A DNA stretch of 64,000 nt from assembly GCA_965219955.1 (NCBI GenBank), contig OZ244799.1, forward strand, positions 2,816,001-2,880,000, read 5' to 3'. Positions 29,528 through 38,554 of this stretch are shown piece by piece. The DNA is from a bacterium (GTDB lineage Bacteria > UBA8248). Both the position numbers and the translations under genes were made by a program. Positions within the stretch are counted from its first letter, which is position 1, and each line of letters starts with the position of its first letter. The notes under the pieces are model-generated. The model worked only from the letters and a program-made list of their open reading frames with translations, was not told where the DNA came from and ran no database searches.

Positions 29528-31273
29528 CTACTTGGGCGGAATGACCGGCAAGAGCACGTGGGAGGGATGCTCGGGGCCGGTGTGGATCGTCACCTCGCCG
29601 CCGAATACCTCGGGCGGCCGGTCGACCGGGTCGTTGTGCCTAAACGGCCCCACGCCCGAGAACACGGCGGGCATGTTGGGAAGCCCCTGCGTGACGCCTC
29701 CCGGATAGACGTAGTCGCATCCCCGGATGCTCAAAGCCAGGCGATACCCTTTGGGAACCACGATGCAGGTGGGCCATATCTCGACGTCGAGTTCGTATAT
29801 CTCGCCCGGCGTCAGCGGCTGAATCTCGTCGTGCGCGTGGTAGGGCCGGTAGGGCAGCGTGAGATTTTCATCGAGCTTTCGGTGCGAGGCCCGGAGCCAG
29901 CCCTGGGCCACCGGGGTGTGCGGGTCGAGCGCGCCCTGGAAGGTGACTTCCCTGAAATCGGGCGTGAACAATCTGAGAACCAGGAACAGATCGGCGTCCT
30001 GGGTCTCGGACGACACCCACAGCTTCGACGCCAGGGGGCCGGTGATCTCGGTTTCACGCTTCAAGGGAGGCGAGACGAACGTGACGCCGTCGCTCAAGCC
30101 GGCATAGGCCGCCGTACCCGCCTCCTCCGGCGCGGCCTCGCCGAGCAGGTGGCCTTCCGCATGGAGATAGAGCTTCGTCCAGTTCGTGCGCGCGATGGGC
30201 CACTCGTTCTCCGCGCGCTCCACGAACTTCTCGCCCGGGTGGCGAATCTTGAGCTGCACCCTCGGCTGATCCTTCCAGCCCGTGTCCTCGCCCTTCAGGT
30301 AATGGCCGAAAAATTTCTTCTGGAGCGCCACGCCGTAATCGGTGTAAAACTCCGTCCAGTGCTCGATGCCGTGGCTCTCCAGCCATTTCTCCTTTGAGGC
30401 CGCGCGCATGAAGGCCTCGCAGTTCCCCCTCGGGTGAAGACCCTGCCCGCCCCAGTTGTTCGAAGACAGGAAAGGCACTTCCACTTTCGACCAGTCGGGC
30501 GTTTTCGCCTGCCAGTATTCGTCATCGAGCGGATGCGCGCGCATCTCCGCCCCCAGGCGGCAGCGGTTCGCGCCCAGTTCCTCCTCGCTCAGCGTGTCCG
30601 GCCCCGAGACCCAGTCCCCCGTCACCCGGCTCTTGTAGCCGCGCTCGCCCAGGCCGTGCTGCTTGGAGCGGCCCCTGTTCTGATACCAGTTCTCCGTGAA
30701 GGTGCAGTAGATGCCCCCGTGGTAGTTCATGTCGCGGTAGAAATCCGCCGCCCCCTCCCAGGCGCACATGGCGACGAGATGAGGCGGCTTCAGGCACGCG
30801 ACCTGCCACTGGTTGATGGCGTAATAGGAGATGCCGTTGGCCCCCACCTTCCCGTTGCTCCAGGGCTGCACGCCCGCCCACTCGATGCACTCGTAGAAAT
30901 CGCGCGTCTCGCGATCCGAGAAGGGGTCCATATACCCCGGCGAGCGGCCGGCACCCCTCGAATCCACGCGCACGCAGGCGTAGCCGTCCGGCACCCATTT
31001 CTCGGGGTCCACGACTTCCCAGTTCTGGTACTTGTTCGAAGAACCCAGGGCGACGTCGGGGTGTTCCTCCACCATGCGCCGCCACTGCTCGGGATAGCCG
31101 TCCTCGAAGTGGAGCCACTTCCCGTAAATCCCGTATGTGATGATGACGGGATAGCGGCCCTCATCAACAGGCCGGTAGACGTCGCAGCGCAGCACGAGTC
31201 CGTCGTCCATCTCGACCGGAACCTCCCAGTCGATCCGCATGCCGTCGGCAATTTCCGATTTACGCCCTCTCAT
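29528..31273 (-). CDS. CocE/NonD family hydrolase (peptidase S15), paralog 2
   Basis: DSRGAGRSPG, WSNGKVG..GISY, GWLRASHR; C-terminal jelly-roll domain. Confidence 0.93.
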   Translation of the reverse strand: MRGRKSEIADGMRIDWEVPVEMDDGLVLRCDVYRPVDEGRYPVIITYGIYGKWLHFEDGYPEQWRRMVEEHPDVALGSSNKYQNWEVVDPEKWVPDGYACVRVDSRGAGRSPGYMDPFSDRETRDFYECIEWAGVQPWSNGKVGANGISYYAINQWQVACLKPPHLVAMCAWEGAADFYRDMNYHGGIYCTFTENWYQNRGRSKQHGLGERGYKSRVTGDWVSGPDTLSEEELGANRCRLGAEMRAHPLDDEYWQAKTPDWSKVEVPFLSSNNWGGQGLHPRGNCEAFMRAASKEKWLESHGIEHWTEFYTDYGVALQKKFFGHYLKGEDTGWKDQPRVQLKIRHPGEKFVERAENEWPIARTNWTKLYLHAEGHLLGEAAPEEAGTAAYAGLSDGVTFVSPPLKRETEITGPLASKLWVSSETQDADLFLVLRLFTPDFREVTFQGALDPHTPVAQGWLRASHRKLDENLTLPYRPYHAHDEIQPLTPGEIYELDVEIWPTCIVVPKGYRLALSIRGCDYVYPGGVTQGLPNMPAVFSGVGPFRHNDPVDRPPEVFGGEVTIHTGPEHPSHVLLPVIPPK

Positions 31274-31298
31274 CGCGCACCTCTCATCCTGTGGGGAA

Positions 31299-33047
31299 TC
31301 ATCCTTTCGGCGGAATCACCGGCAGCAGTACGTGGGACGGACACGACGGGCCGGTGTGCAGCGTCACCTTTCCGCCGAAAAGCTCCGTCGGCCTGTCCTC
31401 TTTCAGATCGTGCTTGAACGGCCCCACGCCGTAGTAGACGCGGCCCGATATTCTGGGCGCTGACGGCTCGTAGCCGGGCCAGACGTAATCGCGCCCCCGG
31501 ACGCTGATCGCCAGGCGGTATTCCTTGGGGATCACGATCGAGGTCGGCCAGATCTCGACGTCCAGTTCATATATCTCGCCGGGCGTAAGCGGCTGAATCT
31601 CGTCGTGCGTGTGGTAGGGCCGGTAAGGGAGCGTGAGGGCTTCATCGAGTTTCCGGTGCGAGGCTCTGAGCCAGCCGATGGCCACGGGCGTGTGCGGGTC
31701 GTTCGCGCCCCGGTAGACGATCTCCGTCATGTCCGGCGTGAAGACGCGCAGGGTGAGGAAGAGGTCCGCATCTTCGGTATCGGAAGAGACGAACAGCTTG
31801 GCCGCCACGGGGCCGGTGATCTCGGTTTCCTCGGCGAAGGGATGCGAGACGTAGACCAAGCCGTCGCCCAGGGCGTCATAGGTCTTCGTCCGCTCGTTGG
31901 TCTGGGGTTCCGCCCGGAAGGTGCCCGAACCCGAGTGGAGGTAATACTTCGTCCACTGCGTGCGCGCGATGGGCCACTCGTTCTCAGCTCTCGGCACGAA
32001 TTTCTCACCCGGATGCCGCACCAGGAGCTGGACTCTCGGCTGCTCCTTCCAGCCGGTGTCCTCGCCCTTCAGGAAATGACCGAAAAACTTCTTCTGGAGC
32101 GCGACGCCGTAATCGGTATAAAACTCCGTGAAATGCTCCAGCCCGTGCATCTCCAGCCATTTCTCGTCGGTGGCCGACTGCACGAAGCCCTCCGTGTTGC
32201 CCCTGGGGTGCAGACCCACGCCGCCCCAGTTGCCCGAGGAAAGAAGAGGCACGTTGATTTTCGAGTAATCGGGCATGCGCTCTTTCCAGTAATCATCCAC
32301 GAGGGGGTGATCCAGAATGTCCTGGCCGAAATCGCTCCTGTTGGAAGCGAGTTCCTCTTCGCTCAGGTTGGCGGGGCCGGAAATCCAGTCGCCGTTGATG
32401 CGGCTCTTGATGCCGCGGTTTCCCTTGCCGTGCTGGCGGGGGACGACGGCCTGGCGGTACCAGGTGTCCGAAAACCGGCAGGCGATGCCGCCGTGGTGGG
32501 CCAAGTCGCGGTAGAAATCGGCCGCCCCCTCCCAGACGCACATGGCCGCCAGGTGCGGCGGCTGGAGCGAGGCCACCTGCCACTGGTTCATCCCGTAATA
32601 GGAGATGCCGTTCAGCCCCACCTTCCCGTTGCTCCAGGGCTGCACGCCCGCCCACTCGATGCAGTCGTAAAAATCCCTGGTCTCGCGCGGCGACCAAACC
32701 TCCAGATAGCCCGGCGAGCGGCCCGCGCCACGCGAGTCCACGCGCACGCAGGCGTAGCCGTCGGGCACCCATTTCTCGGGGTCCACGAGCTCCCAGTTCT
32801 GGTATTTGTTGGTGGTGCCCATGACGGTCTCGGGATAGTCGTTCACCATGAGATTCCACTGGTGGGGGTAGCCGTCCTGTAAGTGAAGCCACTTGCAGTA
32901 GGGGCCGTAGCTCATGATGACGGGGTATTGGCCATCCTCAAGGGGCCGGTAGACGTCGCAGCGCAGCACCACGCCGTCGTCCATCTCGATAGGCACGTCC
33001 CAGTCGATCCGCATCCCGTCTCTTGCCTCGCTCTTGTACTCGCTCAT
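31299..33047 (-). CDS. CocE/NonD family hydrolase (peptidase S15), paralog 1
   Basis: Same motifs as paralog 2; AAAGG RBS before ATG 33047. Confidence 0.93.
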   Translation of the reverse strand: MSEYKSEARDGMRIDWDVPIEMDDGVVLRCDVYRPLEDGQYPVIMSYGPYCKWLHLQDGYPHQWNLMVNDYPETVMGTTNKYQNWELVDPEKWVPDGYACVRVDSRGAGRSPGYLEVWSPRETRDFYDCIEWAGVQPWSNGKVGLNGISYYGMNQWQVASLQPPHLAAMCVWEGAADFYRDLAHHGGIACRFSDTWYRQAVVPRQHGKGNRGIKSRINGDWISGPANLSEEELASNRSDFGQDILDHPLVDDYWKERMPDYSKINVPLLSSGNWGGVGLHPRGNTEGFVQSATDEKWLEMHGLEHFTEFYTDYGVALQKKFFGHFLKGEDTGWKEQPRVQLLVRHPGEKFVPRAENEWPIARTQWTKYYLHSGSGTFRAEPQTNERTKTYDALGDGLVYVSHPFAEETEITGPVAAKLFVSSDTEDADLFLTLRVFTPDMTEIVYRGANDPHTPVAIGWLRASHRKLDEALTLPYRPYHTHDEIQPLTPGEIYELDVEIWPTSIVIPKEYRLAISVRGRDYVWPGYEPSAPRISGRVYYGVGPFKHDLKEDRPTELFGGKVTLHTGPSCPSHVLLPVIPPKG

Positions 33048-33212
33048 GTTTCGCCTTTCCGTGAAGAAGTGGATCACCGTCGGTGATGTATTTGGGGATG
33101 GAGGGAATATAACCGAGCGTGAGGGGGTGAGTCCAGATGGGAAGGGTGCTTATGTCGGGAACGTGGGGACTTAAGCTCTATTCAAACTTGATGATGCAGC
33201 GTATTTCTTCCG

Positions 33213-33488
33213 TCATTGCGCATAAGCTTCACGGGTCTTGTGTTCCTCGTCGAATGGACGTTCCCATACTACAGTTGAAAACAAGTCTTTAATTTTTCTC
33301 GTGGTGAAATCGGGGCCTTGAATATGGTTTGCGATGATAAGATCGCCGACCAGATCTTTCATCACCTCTTCAAATTCATCTATCGTTTTTGCTTCAATGT
33401 GCAATCCCTTGATGTCACTTTCAGATATAAATACTTCCGCCTCTTCGTCCCATGTGGCTTTTACATAAAAGGTCAAATTTGAACTCAT
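33213..33488 (-). CDS. DUF1902 domain (HicB-like) protein
   Basis: VKATWDEEAEVFISESDIKGLHIEAKTIDEF. Confidence 0.8.
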   Translation of the reverse strand: MSSNLTFYVKATWDEEAEVFISESDIKGLHIEAKTIDEFEEVMKDLVGDLIIANHIQGPDFTTRKIKDLFSTVVWERPFDEEHKTREAYAQ

Positions 33489-33777
33489 TTTTTTCTCCCT
33501 CACTCAACAAATGTGGGTTCAACTCCCACCACGGCCTACACTAAACCACTTTGAAGTGGGGATTTCCTTATCCGTTGCCTTGAACCTGACTTGGCTATCT
33601 GTATCGGCGTTACAGGTATCTCTTACACCCATACCCTATCTCATTATGTGTAATATTTCGCCATATCCTGCCATACATTGCGAAAATCTCAACCAGCCCG
33701 GAATAAGCCCCCCACTACTCCACCCGCTTGCTCTTGCGAGAGCATGTTAACCGGCAATAAAGGGTCGAGACGCCGGC

Positions 33778-34017
33778 TTAATTCTCGTCGAAAAAACCTT
33801 CAGGGAGACCGAATAAACGAATGATATCTTTTTGATAGCCTGGGAATATCGGGGTTTTCCCGCCATGATAAGGAAGCGGGTAATGGCGCTCGACGCCGTC
33901 AATATCTGGATGGTAGAGCATTCGGTGACTACCCTTGCCGCGTCTTGTATGGACGCTGAACCTGGGATCAAACTCACGAAGGCGCTTCAAGAGTTGCCTG
34001 TACTCAATCGTCCGCAA
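33778..34017 (-). CDS. hicA: Type II toxin HicA (mRNA interferase)
   Basis: RGKGSHRMLY...LPYHG...GY.KDIIR dsRBD-like HicA signature. Confidence 0.85.
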   Translation of the reverse strand: MRTIEYRQLLKRLREFDPRFSVHTRRGKGSHRMLYHPDIDGVERHYPLPYHGGKTPIFPGYQKDIIRLFGLPEGFFDEN

Positions 34018-34020
34018 ACG

Positions 34021-34365
34021 CTAAACCTCTGCGAATTTTTGCGGATCCACCCGGGGCAAGGGGACATCACAGGAGAAGATGTCGGGAAGGCTATGCGGGG
34101 GTTTCGATTTCAGATGCCGCTTCACGCTCTCGCGCTTCACGGATTCATAGAGCGCGTGATAGGAGGGCTCGGCGGGTACGAATATCTCATCCAGGGTGTC
34201 GTGCTGCACGGCGAACGATATCTGCGCCTCGACCGCTTCGGTCAGATTTTCCACCGCCTGATCTTGCGTTTCCCCATAGCCCCTGAGGCTCATATCCAGG
34301 GCAATCGCGCACCATTTCCCGTCCTCACGGACGACGATAACGCGAAGGGTATGGTTGAAATCCAT
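34021..34365 (-). CDS. hicB: HicB-like antitoxin
   Basis: EDGKWCA.ALD....GYGETQDQAVENLTEAV partial RNase H fold; adjacent to hicA. Confidence 0.75.
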   Translation of the reverse strand: MDFNHTLRVIVVREDGKWCAIALDMSLRGYGETQDQAVENLTEAVEAQISFAVQHDTLDEIFVPAEPSYHALYESVKRESVKRHLKSKPPHSLPDIFSCDVPLPRVDPQKFAEV

Positions 34366-34484
34366 GGGCGCGTGCGCTCCTTTTGGGGTTCATCCGGGTG
34401 CCGAAATAGTCACGGCAAATTCAGTCACATAGCTTACATGGTTTTAAGAATGTTTGCATTCGACGCAATTTTCAATTCCCCCCA

Positions 34485-35057
34485 TCACTCCACCCGCTCC
34501 TCCAGCTTCCGGGTCGCCTCCTCTACGATTTCGCATACTTTTTCCATAATCTCGGGATGCGCGCGGAACGACTCGCGCACCTCCTTGACGATCGCCATCT
34601 TCGCCGCGGCGAAGCCGTCCTGGTATTCGAGCTTGAGCTTCTCGGCCGATATGCGGCTGCGCTCGAGACCGTTCACCATCTGGGCGAGTTTCTCGGGCGT
34701 GAGGCCTTCGAAGGCATCTTTTTTCATCTGCGAGACGGCCTCCACCGCCTGGGTCATCAGCATCCGCCTAGCGGCCGCCGCCACCTTCTCGCCCGGGTCC
34801 CTGCCCTCGCCGTCATAGGCCATGACTTCCTCGATCAGCTCATCCACCATGGCCTCCACCCGCTTGGTCTTCCGGATGCCCTCGAGCAGGCGGTTGTTGC
34901 GCGCCCCGATGGAGCCGAGCCCTATCTTCTCCCCGGTCTCCTTCTCGAAAGCCTCGGCCACCTCCTGGTAGGTCTTCCCCTCGACGAGCATGGTGTCGAC
35001 GACTTTCTCGGCGCCGTATTCCACCACCTTCGACCTGCGCCCCCGCCTCCTCTCCAT
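34485..35057 (-). CDS. DUF3486 / Mu gp27-like phage protein
   Basis: N-terminal GRRSKV, HTH-like TYQEVAE...IGLGSIG, coiled-coil C-terminus; follows a gp26-like gene as in Mu-like phages. Confidence 0.7.
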   Translation of the reverse strand: MERRRGRRSKVVEYGAEKVVDTMLVEGKTYQEVAEAFEKETGEKIGLGSIGARNNRLLEGIRKTKRVEAMVDELIEEVMAYDGEGRDPGEKVAAAARRMLMTQAVEAVSQMKKDAFEGLTPEKLAQMVNGLERSRISAEKLKLEYQDGFAAAKMAIVKEVRESFRAHPEIMEKVCEIVEEATRKLEERVE

Positions 35058-35389
35058 CACAACTCTCCCACGAGGATGTCGGGCGAGGCGGAAACGGCGC
35101 CTTCGAGCAGGCCGCACCCCCTGCGGGTCAGGTGCGCCTCGTAGTCGGTCAGCAGGCGGCCGAACCCGCCCGGGGTGCGCTTTTCCAATAAACCCCGCCC
35201 GGCCAGATCGTCCACGAAGGCCTCGAGCGTCTCGCGGCCCAGGGGCGCGCCGTCCTCATGGTGGCCCGCCTCGCGCAGCGCGCTCCAAAGGAGAAGGCTG
35301 CCCACGCTCGATTCCGGGCGCAAGGCATCCTGGTAATACAGCGTCTTCAAAATGTCGCCGCGCAGGACGCGGGCCGCCAGATCGTTCAC
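35057..35389 (-). CDS. Mu gp26-like winged-helix phage protein
   Basis: RGDILKTL...LAGRGLL...AHLTRRG.GLLEG....PDI pattern; GGAGG RBS before GTG 35389. Confidence 0.65.
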   Translation of the reverse strand: MNDLAARVLRGDILKTLYYQDALRPESSVGSLLLWSALREAGHHEDGAPLGRETLEAFVDDLAGRGLLEKRTPGGFGRLLTDYEAHLTRRGCGLLEGAVSASPDILVGEL

Positions 35390-35406
35390 GATGAAACACC
35401 TCCTCC

Positions 35407-35553
35407 ATGACATTCATACCGGCGCGCAGGACGCCGTTCGACGTGGGCCAAGCCTATCTTGCGCACTGGAAACCTCCCCGATGACGTTCATACCGCCGCG
35501 CCGGACGCCGCTCGCCGATATCCGGACCTCTTGCGCGCACTGAAAACACCTCC
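35407..35553. repeat. Two-copy tandem repeat with about 74-bp period upstream of the gp26-like gene
   Basis: ATGACRTTCATACCGSCGCGCMGGACGCCGYTCG...GCGCACTGRAAAC at 35407 and 35481. Confidence 0.75.
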
Positions 35554-35716
35554 TCGACGGCTTTCACTCCTGAATGCCGAACACCCCCGCGCGCGGCGGG
35601 ATTCAGACAACATACAAGGCGGCGCGGGTCGGGACGGCCCGGCAAATGCGGGGAAATGCGGGCGCGTTGAGAAAATACATTCCGGGCTGCACAATGCCGC
35701 CCGAGGAGGATGTTCG

Positions 35717-36121
35717 ATGCGCCCTATCGCGCCGACAATCGCTACCATCGCCATTTTCGCGCTTTGGTTCGTCGGGCTGCCCGACGCCCCTGCCCTCGCT
35801 CACGGGGAGGAGGAGATCCTCCTGTTCGCCTACCTGGCGGAGGAACGGAACCTGCTCCGGATTTCGGCCGCCATCGTGGGCGGCATCATCCTAGCGATGG
35901 GCGCCTTCATCACCCAGCAGTCGCGCGCCGAGGCGAGAGAAAACGCCCGGGCCGAATTCACGGGCTTCAGGGTGATATTGCCGGGGCTGCTCGTCACCTG
36001 CCTGGGCGTCGCCGTGCTGTTCACGGCCGCCTTCATCCTCCCCGAGCAGGTCAAGATCGTCCACGACCATCCCCTGGAGCGCGTCGAGACGAAAACCACG
36101 AAAAGCAAAAGCGGCCCGTGA
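35717..36121 (+). CDS. Hypothetical membrane protein
   Basis: GAGGAGG RBS; signal peptide (PALA-HG) plus two hydrophobic segments. Confidence 0.65.
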   Translation: MRPIAPTIATIAIFALWFVGLPDAPALAHGEEEILLFAYLAEERNLLRISAAIVGGIILAMGAFITQQSRAEARENARAEFTGFRVILPGLLVTCLGVAVLFTAAFILPEQVKIVHDHPLERVETKTTKSKSGP

Positions 36122-36449
36122 GGGGTTGTTGGAAAACCCCATCAAGGAGGAAGTGATGCCTGCGCTTCCGCCCGGTTTTCGGTTTTGACCGTCATTCCGG
36201 CGAAAGCCGGAATCCATTTTCGCCTTTGCCTTTTCGCCCCCTCGCTCGGCCGTCTTTGCACCCGGGCGGGGAGGCTTGGAATCGCACGCGAAAACGAAAG
36301 GCGAATTCTCTGGATTCCGCGTCCGGACGCCGCGCGAGAACAAAGTCGTGGCCGCCCCGCCCGGTGAAAAGTCAAAATGGATTCCGGCTTTCGCCGGAAT
36401 GACGGCGGTGGTCAATTCCGAGCGCGGGGGATTTTTCCAACAACCCCCC
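36121..36449. mobile_element. Composite TIR-shell element with a GTCATTCCGGCG palindrome pair as cargo
   Basis: AGGGGTTGTTGGAAAAC ... TTTTTCCAACAACCCC. Confidence 0.6.
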
Positions 36450-36473
36450 AATCCCTCCCCGCGCAAAACCTCC

Positions 36474-36896
36474 TCACTTCGTCTTTCCCGTGAGCTTCTC
36501 CATCGTGCGAAGCGCGCCAAGGCCCAGCATCCCGAGGGTGAGTTCGAGAAGCCCTTCCGCCGAGACGGGATAGGGCGCGAGTTCGCCGCTCATCAGCACC
36601 TGCCGCGTCCAGAGCCATGCGCCGAGCGCATACTGGGGGATGAAGTAAAAGGCGAGCGAGACGCCGCAGGTCCACAGGATGAACGGCCTGCCGCCTGCGA
36701 CGAAGACGCTGCGGTGGGCGGCCTCTATCTTGTTGATCTCGTTCTGGGCTTCGGCGGGCCGCATCATCAGCTTCTGCTTTATCGCCTCCGCCGCGCGCCG
36801 CTCGTCGGGCGTCTCGACGAACCGGTCGATGACGTTGGCGACGCCCTCCGCCGCCGTCATGACGCCGCCGCCGATGAGCTTTTCCAAAAAGGCCAT
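36474..36896 (-). CDS. Holin, 3TM / gene-transfer-release family
   Basis: IDRFVETPDE, EINKIEAAHRSVFVAGGRPFI.W.CG, GMLGLGALRTMEK. Confidence 0.85.
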   Translation of the reverse strand: MAFLEKLIGGGVMTAAEGVANVIDRFVETPDERRAAEAIKQKLMMRPAEAQNEINKIEAAHRSVFVAGGRPFILWTCGVSLAFYFIPQYALGAWLWTRQVLMSGELAPYPVSAEGLLELTLGMLGLGALRTMEKLTGKTK

Positions 36897-37309
36897 CACG
36901 CGCTCCTCATCCGCTCGGCCACCCGGCCCGCCCGCGCGGGGAGCTCCCGCGCGTAAACCGAATCGAGCGCCTCCGCCGCCGCGAGCGCGTAATCACCCTC
37001 CGTGAGCGCGGCCCACATTTTCTGAAAGCCCAGGAGGTTCGGCACGCCCATGTTGTAGGCCATGTTCAGGACCGCGCGCTTTGCGCCGGGCTCAAGATTC
37101 CTGTATGTCCCGCCGACGCGGGAGCGCTCAATTTCCCCGGCCATCAGAGCCAGCCGATGCCGGAGGAGCAGTTCCGCTTCGGCTTCCGATATGCCGTCTT
37201 CGATCAGCGTTCCGTAGCCGATGGTCTTCTTTCCCTTGCCGTCCAGATACACGACCGGCACGAAACCCTCCTCGCGCTTGATGTCCTCTACGAGTTCATC
37301 CGTGAGCAT
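36896..37309 (-). CDS. Phage lysozyme/endolysin (GH24)
   Basis: EEG...YLD..G..TIGYG with intact E/D/T triad; NMAYNMG..L.GF.KM; LDS.YA...P.RA. Confidence 0.9.
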   Translation of the reverse strand: MLTDELVEDIKREEGFVPVVYLDGKGKKTIGYGTLIEDGISEAEAELLLRHRLALMAGEIERSRVGGTYRNLEPGAKRAVLNMAYNMGVPNLLGFQKMWAALTEGDYALAAAEALDSVYARELPARAGRVAERMRSA

Positions 37310-37527
37310 GATCTCTCCTCATTCACGAGCGAATCCCCGGCTCTGGCCGCCTGCTGCAGGACGCGGCAAAGCGCCGCCGCGCCCTTGCCCGCGCCCGAGC
37401 GGCCCGCATAGGCCCGGCTCGACGCCAGGACCCGTCCGTTCCGCGCCCGCACGCGGAAGCGATGCCGCCCGGATTCGTCCCGGAAAATCTCGACGGGGCG
37501 ATGCTTCGGTCTCTTTACGGCCGGCAT
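37288..37527 (-). CDS. YegP/DUF1508 family protein
   Basis: EIFRDESGRHRFRVRARNGRVLASSRAY. Confidence 0.75.
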   Translation of the reverse strand: MPAVKRPKHRPVEIFRDESGRHRFRVRARNGRVLASSRAYAGRSGAGKGAAALCRVLQQAARAGDSLVNEERSCSRMNS

Positions 37528-37664
37528 AAATAACCCCCCAGGAAAAAGCCCAACAGCACCAGACCCGCGCCCGCGGCGACCAGGCGCAAGGCGGTGTGCT
37601 TCTCCTTCGCCCAGCGCCACAAGGCGGCGTCCGTTCGTTTTTCGGTTTCATTTTTCCCGCTCAT
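37515..37664 (-). CDS. Small single-TM protein (49 aa), first gene of the lysis cassette
   Basis: GAGGAG RBS; MSGKNETEKRTDAALWRWAKEKHTALRLVAAGAGLVLLGFFLGGYLCRP; overlaps the yegP-like start; not in the ORF track. Confidence 0.6.
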   Translation of the reverse strand: MSGKNETEKRTDAALWRWAKEKHTALRLVAAGAGLVLLGFFLGGYLCRP

Positions 37665-37943
37665 GACTCTCCTCACATTCTGTTAGCGAAATCCCGCGCG
37701 CCGCGCTTGAGCGATGCGCCTCGACGTGAAAGATTCTAGGCCTTGATCCCGCCGGGCCGATGACGGAAAATGCGGGCAACTGCGGGGTGATGCGCTCTCA
37801 CCCGTACGCGAGGGAAAAAAGCGCATCCCGCAGCGCCGGACACGCCCGCCCGACTCTTCGTTCGCGACGCGCGAGGGGCGTTTCAATCCGCCAGGAAGAC
37901 GACGCGCCGAGGGGCGCATGCCGCCAAGTACAGGAGATGAACC

Positions 37944-38432
37944 ATGAAGAAACTGACCGCCACCCTCCTCGTAGCCGTATTCACCCTGGGGCTGGCTGGA
38001 TGCCGCGCCGACGGCACGATGGACAAACAGACCGGCGGAGCGATTCTCGGCGGAATCGCGGGCGGTCTGATCGGGTCCAAGTTCGGCAAGGGCCGGGGCC
38101 GCAAAGCGGCGACCTTCGCGGGCGCGGTCCTCGGTGTCCTCGCGGGCAGCTCCATCGGGCGCCAGCTCGACGAGCGCGACCGCCTGCTGATGTCGCGCAG
38201 CACGCAAAAAAGCCTCGAACGCGGCAAGACGAACGTCGCCAGCAAATGGGTGAACCCGGACACGGGCAACCGGGGCACCATCACGCCCAGGCGCACCTAC
38301 CGGGTCCAGAGAGGCTCGACCACTAGGTATTGCCGCGAGTTCCAGCAGACCATCACCGTGGGCGGCAAGACCGAGCGCGCCTACGGCCGCGCCTGCCGGC
38401 AGCCCGACGGCAGCTGGAAGATCGTCAACTAG
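37944..38432 (+). CDS. 17-kDa surface antigen-like lipoprotein (glycine zipper plus RT0821/Lpp0805 domain)
   Basis: Lipobox LAGC, glycine zipper, WVNPDTGNRG, CREFQQTITVGG...ACRQPDGSW. Confidence 0.9.
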   Translation: MKKLTATLLVAVFTLGLAGCRADGTMDKQTGGAILGGIAGGLIGSKFGKGRGRKAATFAGAVLGVLAGSSIGRQLDERDRLLMSRSTQKSLERGKTNVASKWVNPDTGNRGTITPRRTYRVQRGSTTRYCREFQQTITVGGKTERAYGRACRQPDGSWKIVN

Positions 38433-38554
38433 GCCCGCGCCGCGCCACCGGCGCGGATCGTGAAACGCTCCTCGACCACTCCCGGGAAATCCGGCCGCCT
38501 GGAGTTCACGCTCCTTGATGGATATAATCCGGGCTTATCCACGAGGTGCGTTCC

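Noticed and set aside
29528-33047. Diversity-generating retroelement TR/VR pair
   Set aside because: Both copies are full-length coding paralogs, the differences are not obviously adenine-specific, and no RT gene is present.
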